From Chrysomallon squamiferum (taxonomy: Eukaryota > Animalia > Mollusca): a stretch of DNA of 64,000 nucleotides. Below are positions 1 through 14,010 of this stretch, one piece after another (the first letter of the stretch is position 1; every line of letters starts with the position of its first letter). Under the pieces are notes generated by a model. That model was not told the DNA's origin. It saw nothing but the letters and a program-made list of their open reading frames with translations, and did no database searches. The translations under genes and the position numbers were made by a program. The stretch is taken from positions 12,772,001 through 12,836,000 of the forward strand of contig CM022679.1 in NCBI GenBank assembly GCA_012295275.1, in the 5' to 3' direction.

Positions 1-3000
1 CCACACTGATTCACAGTCAGACAACTGAACAGTCTAACAGTTTATAAAAAACGCAGACAATCTTGGCCACTTGATACATCTTTTAGCCAAATGATACAGA
101 TAGTTATAATTTATAACTGTATTTAGATCCATTAATTTTTTTTTAATCATTATATGTATGGTTATATAATACATATGTATTAAAGGTACAAATGACACAG
201 AAAGTTTTGCAATGTAAATCTTTCAAGGTGTAAGATAACAAAAAACAATTTTTGAAAGACTCAGACATTTATTAAAATAATAATAATAAAAAATCACCTG
301 TTAACTATGTTTGCAAATATTTTATATTCAGTCATGATGTAATACATAATTACAAGTGATGGGCATAATTATGCACTTTACAGGTGACAGTGATGAAGAA
401 AAGTGTGTATTGGCTGAAGTGTTTCATTGAACTTTGCACGGACCAAGATGGCTATCAATAATTCAGATCTGAAGTAACAGATTTGAGCCAAGTTAAGAAT
501 TAAATATAGATCAAAGAACAGACTGATCCATTTGTAGCACTGCTGAAAGAGTTTAAAAAGGAGAGAGGAGAGGCTGGAATGATGAACAACTTGCACTTGC
601 ATATATTTCATTAGGGAAAGGTTTTCTGGTACACACACTGAACATACCTAATCTAATGTCAAAACAATTTATGTGATTTTCAGTGAACAGAAATCAGAAA
701 TAATGGGGGTAAAAAGATGGTCTGGAAATAAGCATATTAAACTGAGATCAATAAAAACTTATTGATTTCTGCAAAGATATGTGAATTTGCACAGTGTTTA
801 GTTAATCAACAGAAAACATTTAAGGTATTTTATAAATTCATTATATATCATTAACATAATCTGCCTCAATTAGTTTCACCTTGATGAACTGGTATTAGAA
901 AAATGTCCAGAAGATATTTTTAAGTTAACTTTTTTAACTTCTCTTTATACATACAAACACATCCTGACAAAAACAATTCCACAAAAATTCTCATAGCTAC
1001 TAACTTTTTTTCATATGGAACTAGAAGTTTGAACTTGACAGGTATAAATTTAGATGGATGTAAAACAAATTGTCATTACTTCATACATTCACTTCACAGT
1101 GATTTATTTTTGTGTTTGGATATCATTATATATTCATTCATTAACTTTCAATAAACGAGATAATAAAACCTGCAATATCAACCATTCTTTTTTTTTTCTC
1201 TCTTTCAGAATGGAGGTAAATAACAAGGGCAATGAACCCAAGCTAAGGTCTGGAACAATATGAGCACAATTTACAATGACACATTGGTTTTGGAATTGTT
1301 TAAGGCATATTACCATGCTTAAATAGGTTAAGTTAAGGAAAAAACTGGAAAAAATTGGCATCATAAATTTTTTGTGACATTTAAAAAAAAATAAAGAACA
1401 GAATGATTACTTGCTGAGTATTTTTTTATTTTTTATTTATTTTAAATTTTTTTTTTTTTTACATTATAATTTTGTAATCTGATGGAAATTACAATACCAA
1501 TAAAACGTAGAAGCATAAATTCAAAATGAATAAATAATCACAGAGTCTATGAGTATTTCCACATAAAGATTGGTTCTTCTACTTGTAATACCTCTGTTAA
1601 AAAGATACATAGAAATCTTGTTTTATATAATGTAACTAAAGTAATTTGTAAAAAAAGAAGTCGATTGCAGCTTAAAAACAAAAAAAATAAAGAATAAAAA
1701 ATGAACATGAAAAAGCTGTGTGTATACAAACGTATCACATATATTAAACATGAATATACAAACAGACTTAAGTGTGTATATTAATACCTATACGTTTAAA
1801 CAAAAAATCAAAACCAAAACCCTTAAAAAAAAAAACAAGAATATTTTTTGCTAAATGTTAGCTTCATTCTGTGTTTACAAACATTTACAGAATGTGCCAA
1901 CAGATTTATAAAGCCTGTTTCTTTTTCAACAACTTTTTCTAATGAATTATTTTTAAACCAACACACACACACACAAACAGAAGCATGCAATTGTACACTC
2001 AAGTACATGCAACTGCACACATATATGCACACACATTAGCACATAAACACACATACATCACATGTAAATTCATACACAGCAGACATTTAAATAACAGACA
2101 ACATTTTAGATTTAATAACAGATCAATCACAAACACATTAATAAACAAAAACTGTCATTATTACATATTTAATTCCTCTGTTTTACGTAGAGAAGAGAGG
2201 AAAGAGGCGTGGACGCTTTGAAGACATCAGTGTGAAATGGGAAAAACGAGTGTTACAAATCTAATAACACTTCTCAAGTTGATTCCTATTGATTTGTGTC
2301 TGGAAACAAAACAGACAAGCAAAGCAGCACATATCAAATTAAAAACACAATTCTTCACCAGTTCAGTATTGTATTACAAATTTAATTTTACAAATGACAA
2401 ACAGAAAAAAATAACTTTTACTCTCTTTTTCATCATTTTTTGTTGTTTTTTTAATTTTCTTTTATTATCTTTTCCTTTTTGAATTGCATGCCAACCAACA
2501 TTAAATTAACTATACATTCTCAAATCTTTACCTTCCCAGTGACTTGTTAAGATGAAACGCACATGAATTATGTATAGGAAAAGTGATATTAACATGCAAC
2601 ATATATTGGTATTTTTCAATTAATAAATGAAACATCAATATTACTCAAGTTTTTGTTGTTGTTGTTTTTGTTGTTTTCTTTCTTTGTGTTTTTCATTATT
2701 ATTTTTTTTTTATCCCTAAATTACTACTGAAATTAAAAACTTTAGCAGATCATGCTATGGTTAAAATATTACATTACAGACATTTTTGATCATGTCCCAC
2801 CAAATATTATTTCTTATTCACATACTAAAATGCCAGCCAGAAGCCACATACACAAATTTAATATTGGCACAAATGTCAGAAGTGTTTATAATCCATATAG
2901 CAGACCTTAAATGAACTTATTTCTATTTACTTCTCTTCCAAATGATGATTTATTATGTTATGTTCCAGACGCAATACACTCACAATACGATCTTGTCATG

Positions 3001-3069
3001 ACTGCTATTATTTAACAAACATCAGTTCTTTTGTTATCGTTTTTGTGTGGGTGGATGGGTCTGAACAAC

Positions 3070-3200
3070 ATTTGAGAGGAAACCTGTTGCTGCTGCAGGG
3101 GATAAGCTGTTCTTATCAATCAGCAAGAAGGGATCTTGTACTTAATTCTTTCCATAAGCTGGAAATCACTTTATATGATCTCATGGGGTCATGTTTGTTA
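3070..3200 (+). mobile_element. Decayed copy of an interspersed SINE-like repeat
   Basis: gagaggaaacctgttgctg...atcagcaagaagggatcttgta; the core motif recurs at ~13910, 21140, 48006, 61963 and inverted at ~46013 and ~7276. Boundaries are approximate and the family is not identified. Confidence 0.5.
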
Positions 3201-4499
3201 CATTAGACTGGATGACTACAGATGGATAAAGTATTTGTTATGAGAGATACTTATTCAGAATGAATGATATAAAATTATGTATAAAATCAAAAGCATTGAA
3301 AAGCTGACAGGAATTTATAATAATATGAAATACAATATTTCCTTGGAAATTTGAATGTCTGGATCAATTTGATATATAGTGTTTTTGTCTGGTCTGTCTG
3401 GGTGTTTTGGTTTGTGTGTGGGCATGCATATGCACAAACATATATGTGTCTGTCTATATGCATGCATGTATGTATGTATAAATGTGTGTATGTTTGCATG
3501 TATGCACTTCACACATATGGTTATAACATATAAACATGTTTTTTGTTGTTGTTGGTTTTTTTTGTTCATAATGTTGTGTCTGAACAGAGAACTTAAACAG
3601 TATGAAATGATTTGATTTGGCTGAAGGCACACCTGTAATGAAGCAGGTATATTTAAGTGGTCTGACAATCAGTTGCAGATGCCTGTTCTCTTATCTAAGG
3701 TACGGCTAACCAAGCCCACATATTCAATGATGGTCAGTGTTATCTTTGTACTAAACAAACTGTAAATGAAGAAAAGATATTCCTCTTGGCTTAGATTTAT
3801 ATCTTGATGAAAAACTGTTCTAAAAATCAAATTTTCTTTGCACTTTTAAGGTTAATTATAACTACATTCAAAAGTATCATCATTTTTTTTTTATGGTAAA
3901 GTGGTGAAAATCCCCATGCAAAACAGACACCCACAAAAAAAAAATCAACTCTTTTTAACAGCTAAATTCCAAGCATTATTACATCATTATTTTTCATGAA
4001 AAAGTCATGAAAATCATTAACTCCATTTACATTTTCATCAGTCATAAATTCAATTGAATGCTTAATACCCTAACAACTAATTCTTGTTTTGATAAAACAT
4101 TTTGGTTTTTATTTTATTTTTTATTTGATTTTATTTTTTATTTTATTTTTGTATTTGATGTCAGTATCATGCCTGTAGGAGATGCTTTCAGAATACAAGG
4201 AAATAAGCATGTTAGAGAAGTCTGGGGAAAAATCCATCAAAGCATGTCGATCTCCTGGGATTTAGAAAAAGATCTACTCGGGCTTGCTTGTACTGCAGCA
4301 TTCACCATTAAACAAGTCTTCATTTCTGAACTAATCAAAGCTGTAGCATCATTTCCTGCAATGAATCACCGTCAACACAGCCATAACCAGAATCAGGCTC
4401 ATTTCGTTTTGCTTCTTGCTGTTTTTCTCATACTTCATTGGTTCCATCAGTGTAGATATTATTTTTTTATTTATTTTGGTGTCTTTTATTTTCATCATT

Positions 4500-5151
4500 A
4501 AATTTATTTTTAAAAAAAAGTCTTTATCTTTGTAGTGTTAACCATCGATGTGACAAATTTCTTTTTTCTTTTTTTTTTTTTTTTTTAATCATTTTTGGGT
4601 TGTTTTAAACATCATTCTGAAAAAACTAAATTATCATGATCTTTATTTTTATTATCTACCTTTTTTTGCATATAAATCTTTTATTTCCAGCAGTGAAAGC
4701 AACTGCACATCATCTTTGAAGTTTTAACTTTATTACAACTTATTTTGGTTTTTAATTTTTATTATTATCAAATTTTTTTTTTTTTTTTTTTTTGTTGTGG
4801 TGTTGAGCACCTATATTTTATTTTTATTATCTTTTTAAAATTATCTTTTCTATGCAACATTATATATCAAATATAAAGTATTTTGGTGTTTATTTCATTT
4901 TGATGTGATTTTTCTTTGTAAAACTTCTTGCATTTAGATCAAAACACATTTTATTGTAATTTTTATTCTCTTTTTAAAATAATCTTTTCTATGTAGCATT
5001 AAAGACTAAACGTGAAGAATCTTTATGTTTTTGTTTGTGTTATTTTTCATTCTGATTTAATTTCTGTTTTACTTTTTAAAATTTCTTGTCATTACAATGT
5101 CAGGCATCAATATATATACAAAACGTATGTTTTATTTTAATTTTTATTATT

Positions 5152-5191
<40 letters not shown>

Positions 5192-5320
5192 TTGTGTACA
5201 GCATTGCAGACAAACATGAAACATGTTTGTGTTTTTATTTCTGTTATTTTTAATTCTGTTTTAATTTCTGTTTTACTTTTTAAAAAAATGTCTTGTCTTT
5301 ACAATGTTGAGCACCAATGA
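4500..5320. repeat. Degenerate tandem duplication, ~140-200 bp unit with poly-A/T insertions
   Basis: Recurring blocks: atcttttctatg(c/t)a(a/g)catta at ~4843 and ~4982, related at ~5187; tttaatttctgttt(t)tactttttaaaa at ~5056 and ~5260; gttgagcacc at ~4802 and ~5306. Confidence 0.7.
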
Positions 5321-6394
5321 GAAAGGAGAAAAAAAAAAAAAAAAAAATCAATCAGTTTCTCTGAGATTTCTCTCAATGCCGGATTACACTGAGCTCACTG
5401 TATATTGATTTTACTCGCATCTTTTCAACAAGACAGACTGGTAAATGGTAACTGCAGTTTAATTGTTTCATTGCATGAGTGTTGTAATATCCACAAGACA
5501 GTCGACTGATTTGCCAGCCCCAGCCACTGTTCAAGCTGCAACCCTGAGTACAGGAATTGGTTATTAAACTGGCGGCTAAGTACTGTCATCAGAACTCTTC
5601 TCTGACCAATGTTCACTGGGATACATTCACTGCAAAGTGGACGGTGGTTACTCCTCTCAATGCATGCTTTGTAAGCTAGACCACTGGTGTTGTGTATAAT
5701 TAAGTCAAGTTTTCACTTTCTTATAAAGACACAGTTGATGACTTTCTCAAAATTGTGTTTTTATATTAAAGATGAATACAGTTATGATATTCAGACTGAT
5801 TTCTTAATGTTATTAAAATGGATCTGTATTGGCAAATGAAAGTATGTGATATATATATATATATGTGCAAGTCTAATGTCTTGTAATCTGCAATTTGGCA
5901 TCTGGAAACTAATAAACAATCTAAAATCCTTATCCAAACTGATAAAAGAGGAGCTAACAAAAAACAAAAACAAAATAATAATAATAAAATAAAAATAATA
6001 ATAATAATGAAAATGGATTTAAAATAAAAAATGTCAGAAAATGCTGAATTATCATAAAGTTGATTTCTTCCTGGTTTCTAACAATGATAATAAATTGTCA
6101 TTTCCTTATGCTGATCTGCGCCAATAAAGTGAAGTAACTGCCAGCTACAAATGTCAGTCCTCACTGATTTGTTACAGTCACAATGGAATTAATCATTTTT
6201 ATTACTGTGTAAACACGACTGTGTCACAAAGGACACATCCCAAATCACCTGTTATCTTTCTGTTAGGTCTTATGTTCTGACAAAGTTACTAGCAAAAATA
6301 ACACACCCAGATCTTCTGTATCAATGTAAGAAGCATCTAAATTATCAATTTTGTATAAATCTATTATACTTATATGCTGCACTGTGTTACTGAA

Positions 6395-6425
<31 letters not shown>

Positions 6426-7945
6426 ATTTGTTTTCTTGTAAGAAAAAGTTTTAAATAATAAAAAAAAAAAAAAAAAAAAAGCTATGAGTGCATGTATTTG
6501 AAAACTCCACAATGATATCTAAATAATTTTTATATTTATATCTATTTTTATTTATTTTAAAGTTTATATTTATAAACTGCAAGATCACATTTCAGAAATC
6601 TCTATTATTTAGTCAAACCTGGAGTGAACAAAATTATATTGCTTTATACACATTATGATCTATATTAATGAATGTTTCTTTTACTTTAAAAAAAAAAGAA
6701 GATATCACACACAAAAAGCAATAGTCTCAATACAACTTAGTTACAATGCAAGCTGGTCTGTATTAATACGATGCAAAAATTTTGTGAAATAAATTGTAAT
6801 ATCTTCAAATATAATCTGGATATTATTTATTGGAAAAATATAAATAGGTTGGACCCAATAAATAGCCATCATATTGGTAGAAAATCATTAAACAATAATT
6901 TTATTGGCACAGAGTCACAGGATAACAAGATGTACATAAGCATCAGGATCATATTCTTAATCAATTAGGTCAGCTTTAACTTGTATTTAACCAGTCGCTA
7001 ATCAGTTTATTCTCACCTAACCAGGTCATCCATGAGGTAAAACTTATCTCAGGTGAATATTGTTAGAACTAATGTTTTCACTTTACAGTGTCTGTATATC
7101 ACTGTCTGAAGAGTTTGGTACAGTTTGTAGAAAACTCGATTAAGATGTGAAGGTTTGCTGGATCAAACCTCATCAGTATATTCACAAGCTTTTTTCCAAT
7201 GCAGATAACCAGTTTATGCCTGTTTTTAAATAAGCAATGATTTTATGCATTTTTCCAGTATATGGGAATGTGCAAAAGAACCCTAAATGCTAATCATTAA
7301 TAGAGGTATATGGACTAAATGCAGATATTTTTCTTTTTTAATAATACAACAATAAAAGTAATTCCAAAAATCATTAGAATCACATTTAATACATTTTCAT
7401 ATATACCATATTGAGATATTAAACATTCATTCAGTCATCTATTCAATTTACTTTGAAATCAGTGGATAATATTCAAAAACCTCATTTTGCTTGTTTATGA
7501 AAAATCCTGACTCAGTCAATGTCTCTAAAGAACCATTTTAACAAAGCACATTTATCTTGATTTATTAACCTATAAACTCCATCAACTCAACTGTGTTGAA
7601 ATTTAAGTACAGTCCTAGACAAAATGTGGTTCAAACACACTGATGTAGAAAGCATTTTAAAATTATGTATTAAATAAAACCGCCAGAGTTAAGTACAGTC
7701 TTATTCAACATAGTGTTTAAAAATATCAATGCAAAAAGCATTTTAAATTATGTACTATTTCAAAAATAATGTTTGAACTCCTTTGATTTAAAAAAAAAAA
7801 ATAAATAAACTGTTGTAAAATAAATCTTTGCAGGGAGCTTCTTCAAATCAGATACCACCTCAGATTTTATGTATTTAAATCCTTCTGCTTAAAAAAAAAA
7901 TGAAAATAAAATAAATAACAAAATAAAAAAGAAAGAAAAGAAAAG

Positions 7946-7982
<37 letters not shown>

Positions 7983-10900
7983 GGTATTGTTAAGTACAGT
8001 CATATCCAAAATGGAGTACAAACATATCTTCACAGGAAGCATATTTAAAATCAGATTTCATATCAAAAAATATAAAGTAAATCATTCTGTTTTAAAAAAA
8101 AAAAACCCACAAACCCCCACAACATCACCAAAATTAAGAAGGAATAATTTCTAAGTAATGCATCCTCCAGCCTACTGCACATTAAAAGATGCTCCATCGA
8201 AACCCTATTTAAACTTCTTCTTTTTTTAAACTCTTCTTCTGACATTCTCTTCTTCTCATGTCTTGACATCTCTGCTATAATTCATCTTGCACAAGGAACT
8301 TGCAGCTTAATGAATGCCGTCAGGTTAGGAAGACTATAAAAATTTGTGCTGCAACAAAATCTTTATTCTTTTGAAGAATGGCTAAAACAAATCAATATAT
8401 TTATTACATAATTTGCAGTTCTTGCTCCATTCCATGCCTTCCAATCAGTTCCAACACAAAGCTGCAATTAATGCAATGACAGGGTAACCAGAGGAAAACA
8501 TAAATTGCTAAGATGAATCTCACTTCAGGCTTTGTGATTATGGAATTTTATAGCATGATAATGAATTGGACAAAGTATTTTTGGTATAAGACTTAGTTCT
8601 GGAAGTAGCTGGACTCAGTGGATCACCTGGTCATAAAGGCTTGGATTTTACTCATTTCTAGTTCCAATGAAAGCTCTGAGATGGGCCAAATATTCCTTTC
8701 CAGATCATTTAAATAGTTTGAAATTGATTCGAAACAGATGACTGGACAACATTCTTTTGATATGTTGCTATAGAAACACATTCAGACTGCAAAAACAACT
8801 GTCTGTCCTGAAACAGGAGCAACAATCAATTTTACTGTTTCTTTGTCTAAACAGAAACAATAAATTTCATTGTTACAACTGTCATAATCAAATTAATGAT
8901 TTCGATCATTTTCTAAACAAGAGGATGTTATGAATGACATAAAATATTTGTTTCACCTTTCTTCCAATATTCATCTGTCTTCTTCATTATGTTTCTACCT
9001 TGATTTCTAACTCTGTTGATGCCTGGTTTATCTGATTCAGCATGAATGAATAAATATTTAAACAAAATCCAAACAAACAATTACAAATTAGTAACTGACT
9101 GACGAACTGAAAAAGAATGATACTGTTGTCAAATCAATCAGAATGGGTTTTTGTTGTTTTTCAATTTTTTATTTCTCCACCTCTAAAACAAAATATTTCA
9201 AAATAAAATGCTAGCCAGAATGTAAGCTTTTATAAAGCTGTACATCTCAAGCAGAAGAATAATGAAACCATTCCTTTATGATATTCAACAACAGAGCTAT
9301 TTAGTTGGAATTGGGCATTTTGAAATTACTGTGTAGAGACATTTGTTTTCCCTCCAGGCGACTTCATAAGGAATGAAATTACTAACATTAATGCAGAGAA
9401 AATCCAGAAAAGTATAACATGAAAATTGGTGTGGTTAAGTCTGCTACATAATTCTTTTTTGCATTTTTTCTTCTTTTTTTTTCTTCTTTGCTTTCAATAT
9501 GAAATATTTACATATTTATAAGTATATTTTTCTAAAATAATTTAGATCATTTTCAAAATGAACATTATTAATTATTAAAAATTAAATTTCTTTTTTAAAG
9601 ACAATTATAGCCGTACATTTTTCTTTTTTAAATTGTTTAACAAAACATGTACAATAACTGCAGATTGTTTTGGATTACCTTACTTTTATTTATTCACATG
9701 TTAACAATATTAATTACTTATTTATTTATTTATTTATTTATTTACTGATCAGCATTTCCATAATGTAAAATGATATACAAGTCATCAAATCACATTTTTA
9801 AGTGGCAGAACAGTAACAGCACTATTCAGGTTTCACGTGTAATACACCACACTGACATACATATGCACTGTTGTCAGTCAGTGCTACAAGACCAGGAAAC
9901 AAACTGATTGCCTCTGAAGAGGTAGCTATCAGAGTTATTCAACACTTCACCCAGATAGCTGTGTTGGGTAACAAATATATTAAACATGTTTGATGTTCAA
10001 CCATTGCTGTTAATGTTGTGAGATACTGGGAGGAAGTTTTAGTACCAGTTGCCCAGAGAGGACTGATGTGATGTAGAAGAATGATTTTCTCTCAAAATAT
10101 CACTTTCTTACTAACATTAACAGCATAGAAGATAAGGTCTTAAGTATTTTTCAAAATGGTGAATGAAACAGAATATTCAAGAAAGAATAATTAATTCACT
10201 GTCTGCCCTTTGTAGTGCTTAATATAGTATTTCAAGATGTTCTTACCATTTAGCAGGAAGAAATCTGCACAAAAATAAACCTATATTGAGTTACTGGTTG
10301 GAATGGTAAAAAACAAGTGAAACCCATTAAGAATGCCTAGCAGTGTAACAACATTGCCCAAAACTTACTTGAAAATGGGTTTAATATTTCAATGTATATG
10401 ATATTTAAGTCCCAAGTTTATCATTGCTTTGTCAAGGCTGAAGTCACTGAATCAGTAAAGAACTTAAAATTCAAATGATGTCCTTCAAGGATCATCGATA
10501 ACTCTAGGCCATAAGCTTAAATTCATTTCTGGGTTGAAATCGGGAAGAAAAACAAGTCTTTGAAAGAAGAAAAGCATGATTAGATTGTCCATTTATATTC
10601 ATATCATAATTTGAAATTATTATAATTGTTAGGATAATAATTTTTGACAATAATCACTTTTTGGTAGTGTTTGATACAGGTTTGTACTGTCTTGTTAATA
10701 TAGAAAAACAAAAAACATACAAACTCAACAACAACAAAAAAAAAAAACCCCAAAAACAAAAAAATTCAAGGACAGCCAAAAGAAATGAAATAACAACAGT
10801 GTAAAACAGTATTACTGCCTGTCTAGTTGAATCAGACACATTTTGACAAATTACACACTTCAAATTATGACTTTACATTAAACCTGCATTCATCTTTATG

Positions 10901-11110
10901 CAAATAAATTTTCTCTTTTCTTGTTTTGTAATTATATATAAAAAAAACAAGTCTGAAATAGATTTACTATGTGAAATAAATAATGGCTTTGGGACATTCC
11001 TATTTCATCCTCAATCAATCAAAGTAAGAACCTTATATATTTATATATTTATATATATATATATATATATATATCAAGAAAGAGATAGAGAGAGAGCTAT
11101 GATATATAAG

Positions 11111-11142
<32 letters not shown>

Positions 11143-13837
11143 TATTATAAGAATTTTGCTTTATTTATTTATTACACTTCATTTATTCACTGAATTTTTT
11201 AAAGTTTATTTATAAAATTTTATTTTTTGTTTAATTGCTACATTTCATATTCATTTATTTACGCAAAAATTACAGCATAACCTTAAACTTATTTAACATG
11301 TTTACATGACAGCAGGGGAAAAAATTAAAAAAAATAAAAAAATAAAATCCTTTTTTTTTTTTTTCCAATCCATTTTTTGGGGGAAAAAAAGCAATACTGA
11401 AGTGCCTGGAATCCTCTTAAGCTTGGACAGAAATGTGTCGTCATCAGTTACCAAGTCAAGAGGTTATCATAAAACGGCTTGATACTAGAACAACACTTAA
11501 GAATGCTGTGTTCACACTTAGTATCAACAAGACTGTCAATTTCTTCCTCTGATCCCTATAATGATTTTCGTTACAGCATTACGCTTCCATCTGCAGAAAG
11601 AAACCAATCGGCAATAATCAGCCTGTGCGCCTCTGATGTGAGGTGCTTGTTGCCATTAATTCAATAAAGCTGGTTGCAAATCACATTTTGTGTTTACAGT
11701 ATGGACAGGGTGACGGCTATCTTTTTCTTTTTTTATTACCAAAGACTGGGCATGTTTAAAAAGCATGCATCGCGCTCTATATTTGACACAGATAAAATTT
11801 TATTTAAGTGCCTAAACCTGTATTAGGGAAAAGAAACTGTAATTTAAATGTTTTTTTTTGTAAATAAAAAAAATGGGTGGAATAATGAGAAAAAAAATCG
11901 TGAAAGTCTGGATCTGTAATGAAGACTCATGCACAACTGTAAACAAAATTAGTAATGAAGAGAATCGGATACACTTAAATCTGGGCAGAAACGCAGACAG
12001 GGAAAACAGACAAAACAAATACCTGATACACACTAAGAAAGAAACGCAAACACATAACAATACAGAATGGTACAGATAAACTATTGCTTATTCCCAAAAC
12101 CTCACAAACAGACAACAAATAGTCTTCAGAGTTTATTTGTAAGAAAAACATGCAATAAAACTTGTATAATATACAAACTGAACTTTCTTTTTCATAGTTA
12201 TATATTATAACACTCTATGCCAAAGAAAAAGCACACACACACAAATCTCACCAGAAAAAAAGAAGAAGACAAAAATAGTAGATAATTCAATTTTCATATC
12301 TTTTTTCTGAAAACAACAAGTAACCAATTTTTGACCTAAATTCCACTTTGTTTAAAATAATATATCAAACAGCCTTGTAAGTTAATTATTTGAACAGAGA
12401 AAGATAATTCTGTTATACTTTAATTCTACAGTTTAAGATTCAATTACCCTAGAGTCTAATTTAACAAAACATTTCAAACTCTTCATCGCTCTTTCTTTCT
12501 TTGTCTCTCTCTCTCTCTTTCTCTAAATATATATATATATAATCTTTCTTTTTCCTATATTTCTGTTCCTTCTGTCTTTCTCTTTAATTCTTCTGTTTGT
12601 TTCTATTTTTCTGTCTCTTTTCTTTCCTTTTCATATGCACTCTTTCTCTCCCTCCCTTTCTTCCTCTCTCACTCTAACACACACACACACACACACACTT
12701 TCTCCCTCCCTGTCTCTCTCTCCCTCTCCCTGACCATCACCTTCTCTCTCTCTTTTTCTCTTTCTCTCTCTCCCCCCCATCATTACAGTCCTTACTAATG
12801 TTGTTTACAGTTTGAATGTAGCAGTCATGTCCTGACAGAATGATGAATGTCTTGTCATCAGGTCATTTCAACAAAAACACCAACGTTAATAAGCAGACCA
12901 TCTTTGCTTTGAAGCAGTAATATAAACATACTCTTCACCTGTCACAGTTGTGAAAAACAGAATAACAGTCCTACTTGCACTTAAGTTGATTAAAAAAATT
13001 GTACATGTAATATACTGGAGAAGAGATCACGTATCAAGAAATTTTTGTAAATTTTTGTCAAGACAAAAACACCACTGATTGAATTTCAGCTGTAAATTAG
13101 TTATTTACTAATTTCATGTTTGAAGTTAAAGCCTGCTATCCTGACATTATTAAATCAGCTACCTTTTCTTTCTTCTTCTTTTTTTTATTTTTTATTATTA
13201 TTATTTTTTTTTTTTTTTTTTTTTGTAGCAGACATAAAACATTTTGTTTTCTTGTTTATTCAGACATAAAACATTTCAACATAATTTGTAATGCAATCCA
13301 GACACACCCTTGACAATAATCCATCATGCTTTAATGCAAATGTTTCACCTCTGTGCTCTAAACCTCTGTGATATTTGAATAATAATATTCATTTTTGAAC
13401 TATAAATCAAAAGGATTATGAGATCACGCTATTCTTTTGTCTGTGGTTTCATAGACAGTGCCTTTGACACTACATAATAATGATATCAGAACTACATTAA
13501 TTTATTCGAGGTTCACAAAATATTCATTCCCCACAATAATAAACAGTGAAGAGAGAAATCTATTTCTCCTTTCTTGTCACTGAGCATACTGGTGACTGGT
13601 TTATCAAAGGTTGTAGTTATGTTCACCTGTCTATGGGTAGGTGAATATAAAATATGTTTTAAGCTAATCAATAATAGCCTACTCTTCAAATGTCTGAAGC
13701 TGGTCTTTTCCTTTATTTTGCAGTTATACAAAAACCTAATAGTTAAAAATGTTATAAAGAAGAACTAAATCATAAAGTCTTTTTCTAGAAATCTCTCTTA
13801 ATAAATTCATGAAAAGTATTTTCTCCTTTGGCTGTTA

Positions 13838-14010
13838 TGAAAGAAAAAAGGAAGAAAGGTTTTATTTAATAATGTACTCAACACATTCCTATTCTCTTAC
13901 ATAATCAAGATTAACAGCAAGAGATCTTTTCATCAACACCTTTTAACAGCTTCTGATAAACTAGGTACAGAGAGCACTTACAAGAATGGGAAATAGCTTC
14001 TTCATTGTAA
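13838..14010 (+). mobile_element. Decayed copy of the same SINE-like repeat
   Basis: gaaagaaaaaaggaagaaaggttttatttaataatgtactcaacacatt...attaacagcaagagatcttttca; boundaries approximate. Confidence 0.5.

Noticed and set aside
4058-4501. 147-aa ORF
   Set aside because: F/Y/I-rich ends come from T-rich sequence, there is no recognisable domain, and it is antisense within a PKC intron.
8063-8269. Minus-strand ORF MSRHEKKRMSEEEFKKRRSL... as an alternative PKC exon
   Set aside because: No convincing splice donor, no PKC similarity and no CpG island; it is purine-rich low-complexity sequence.
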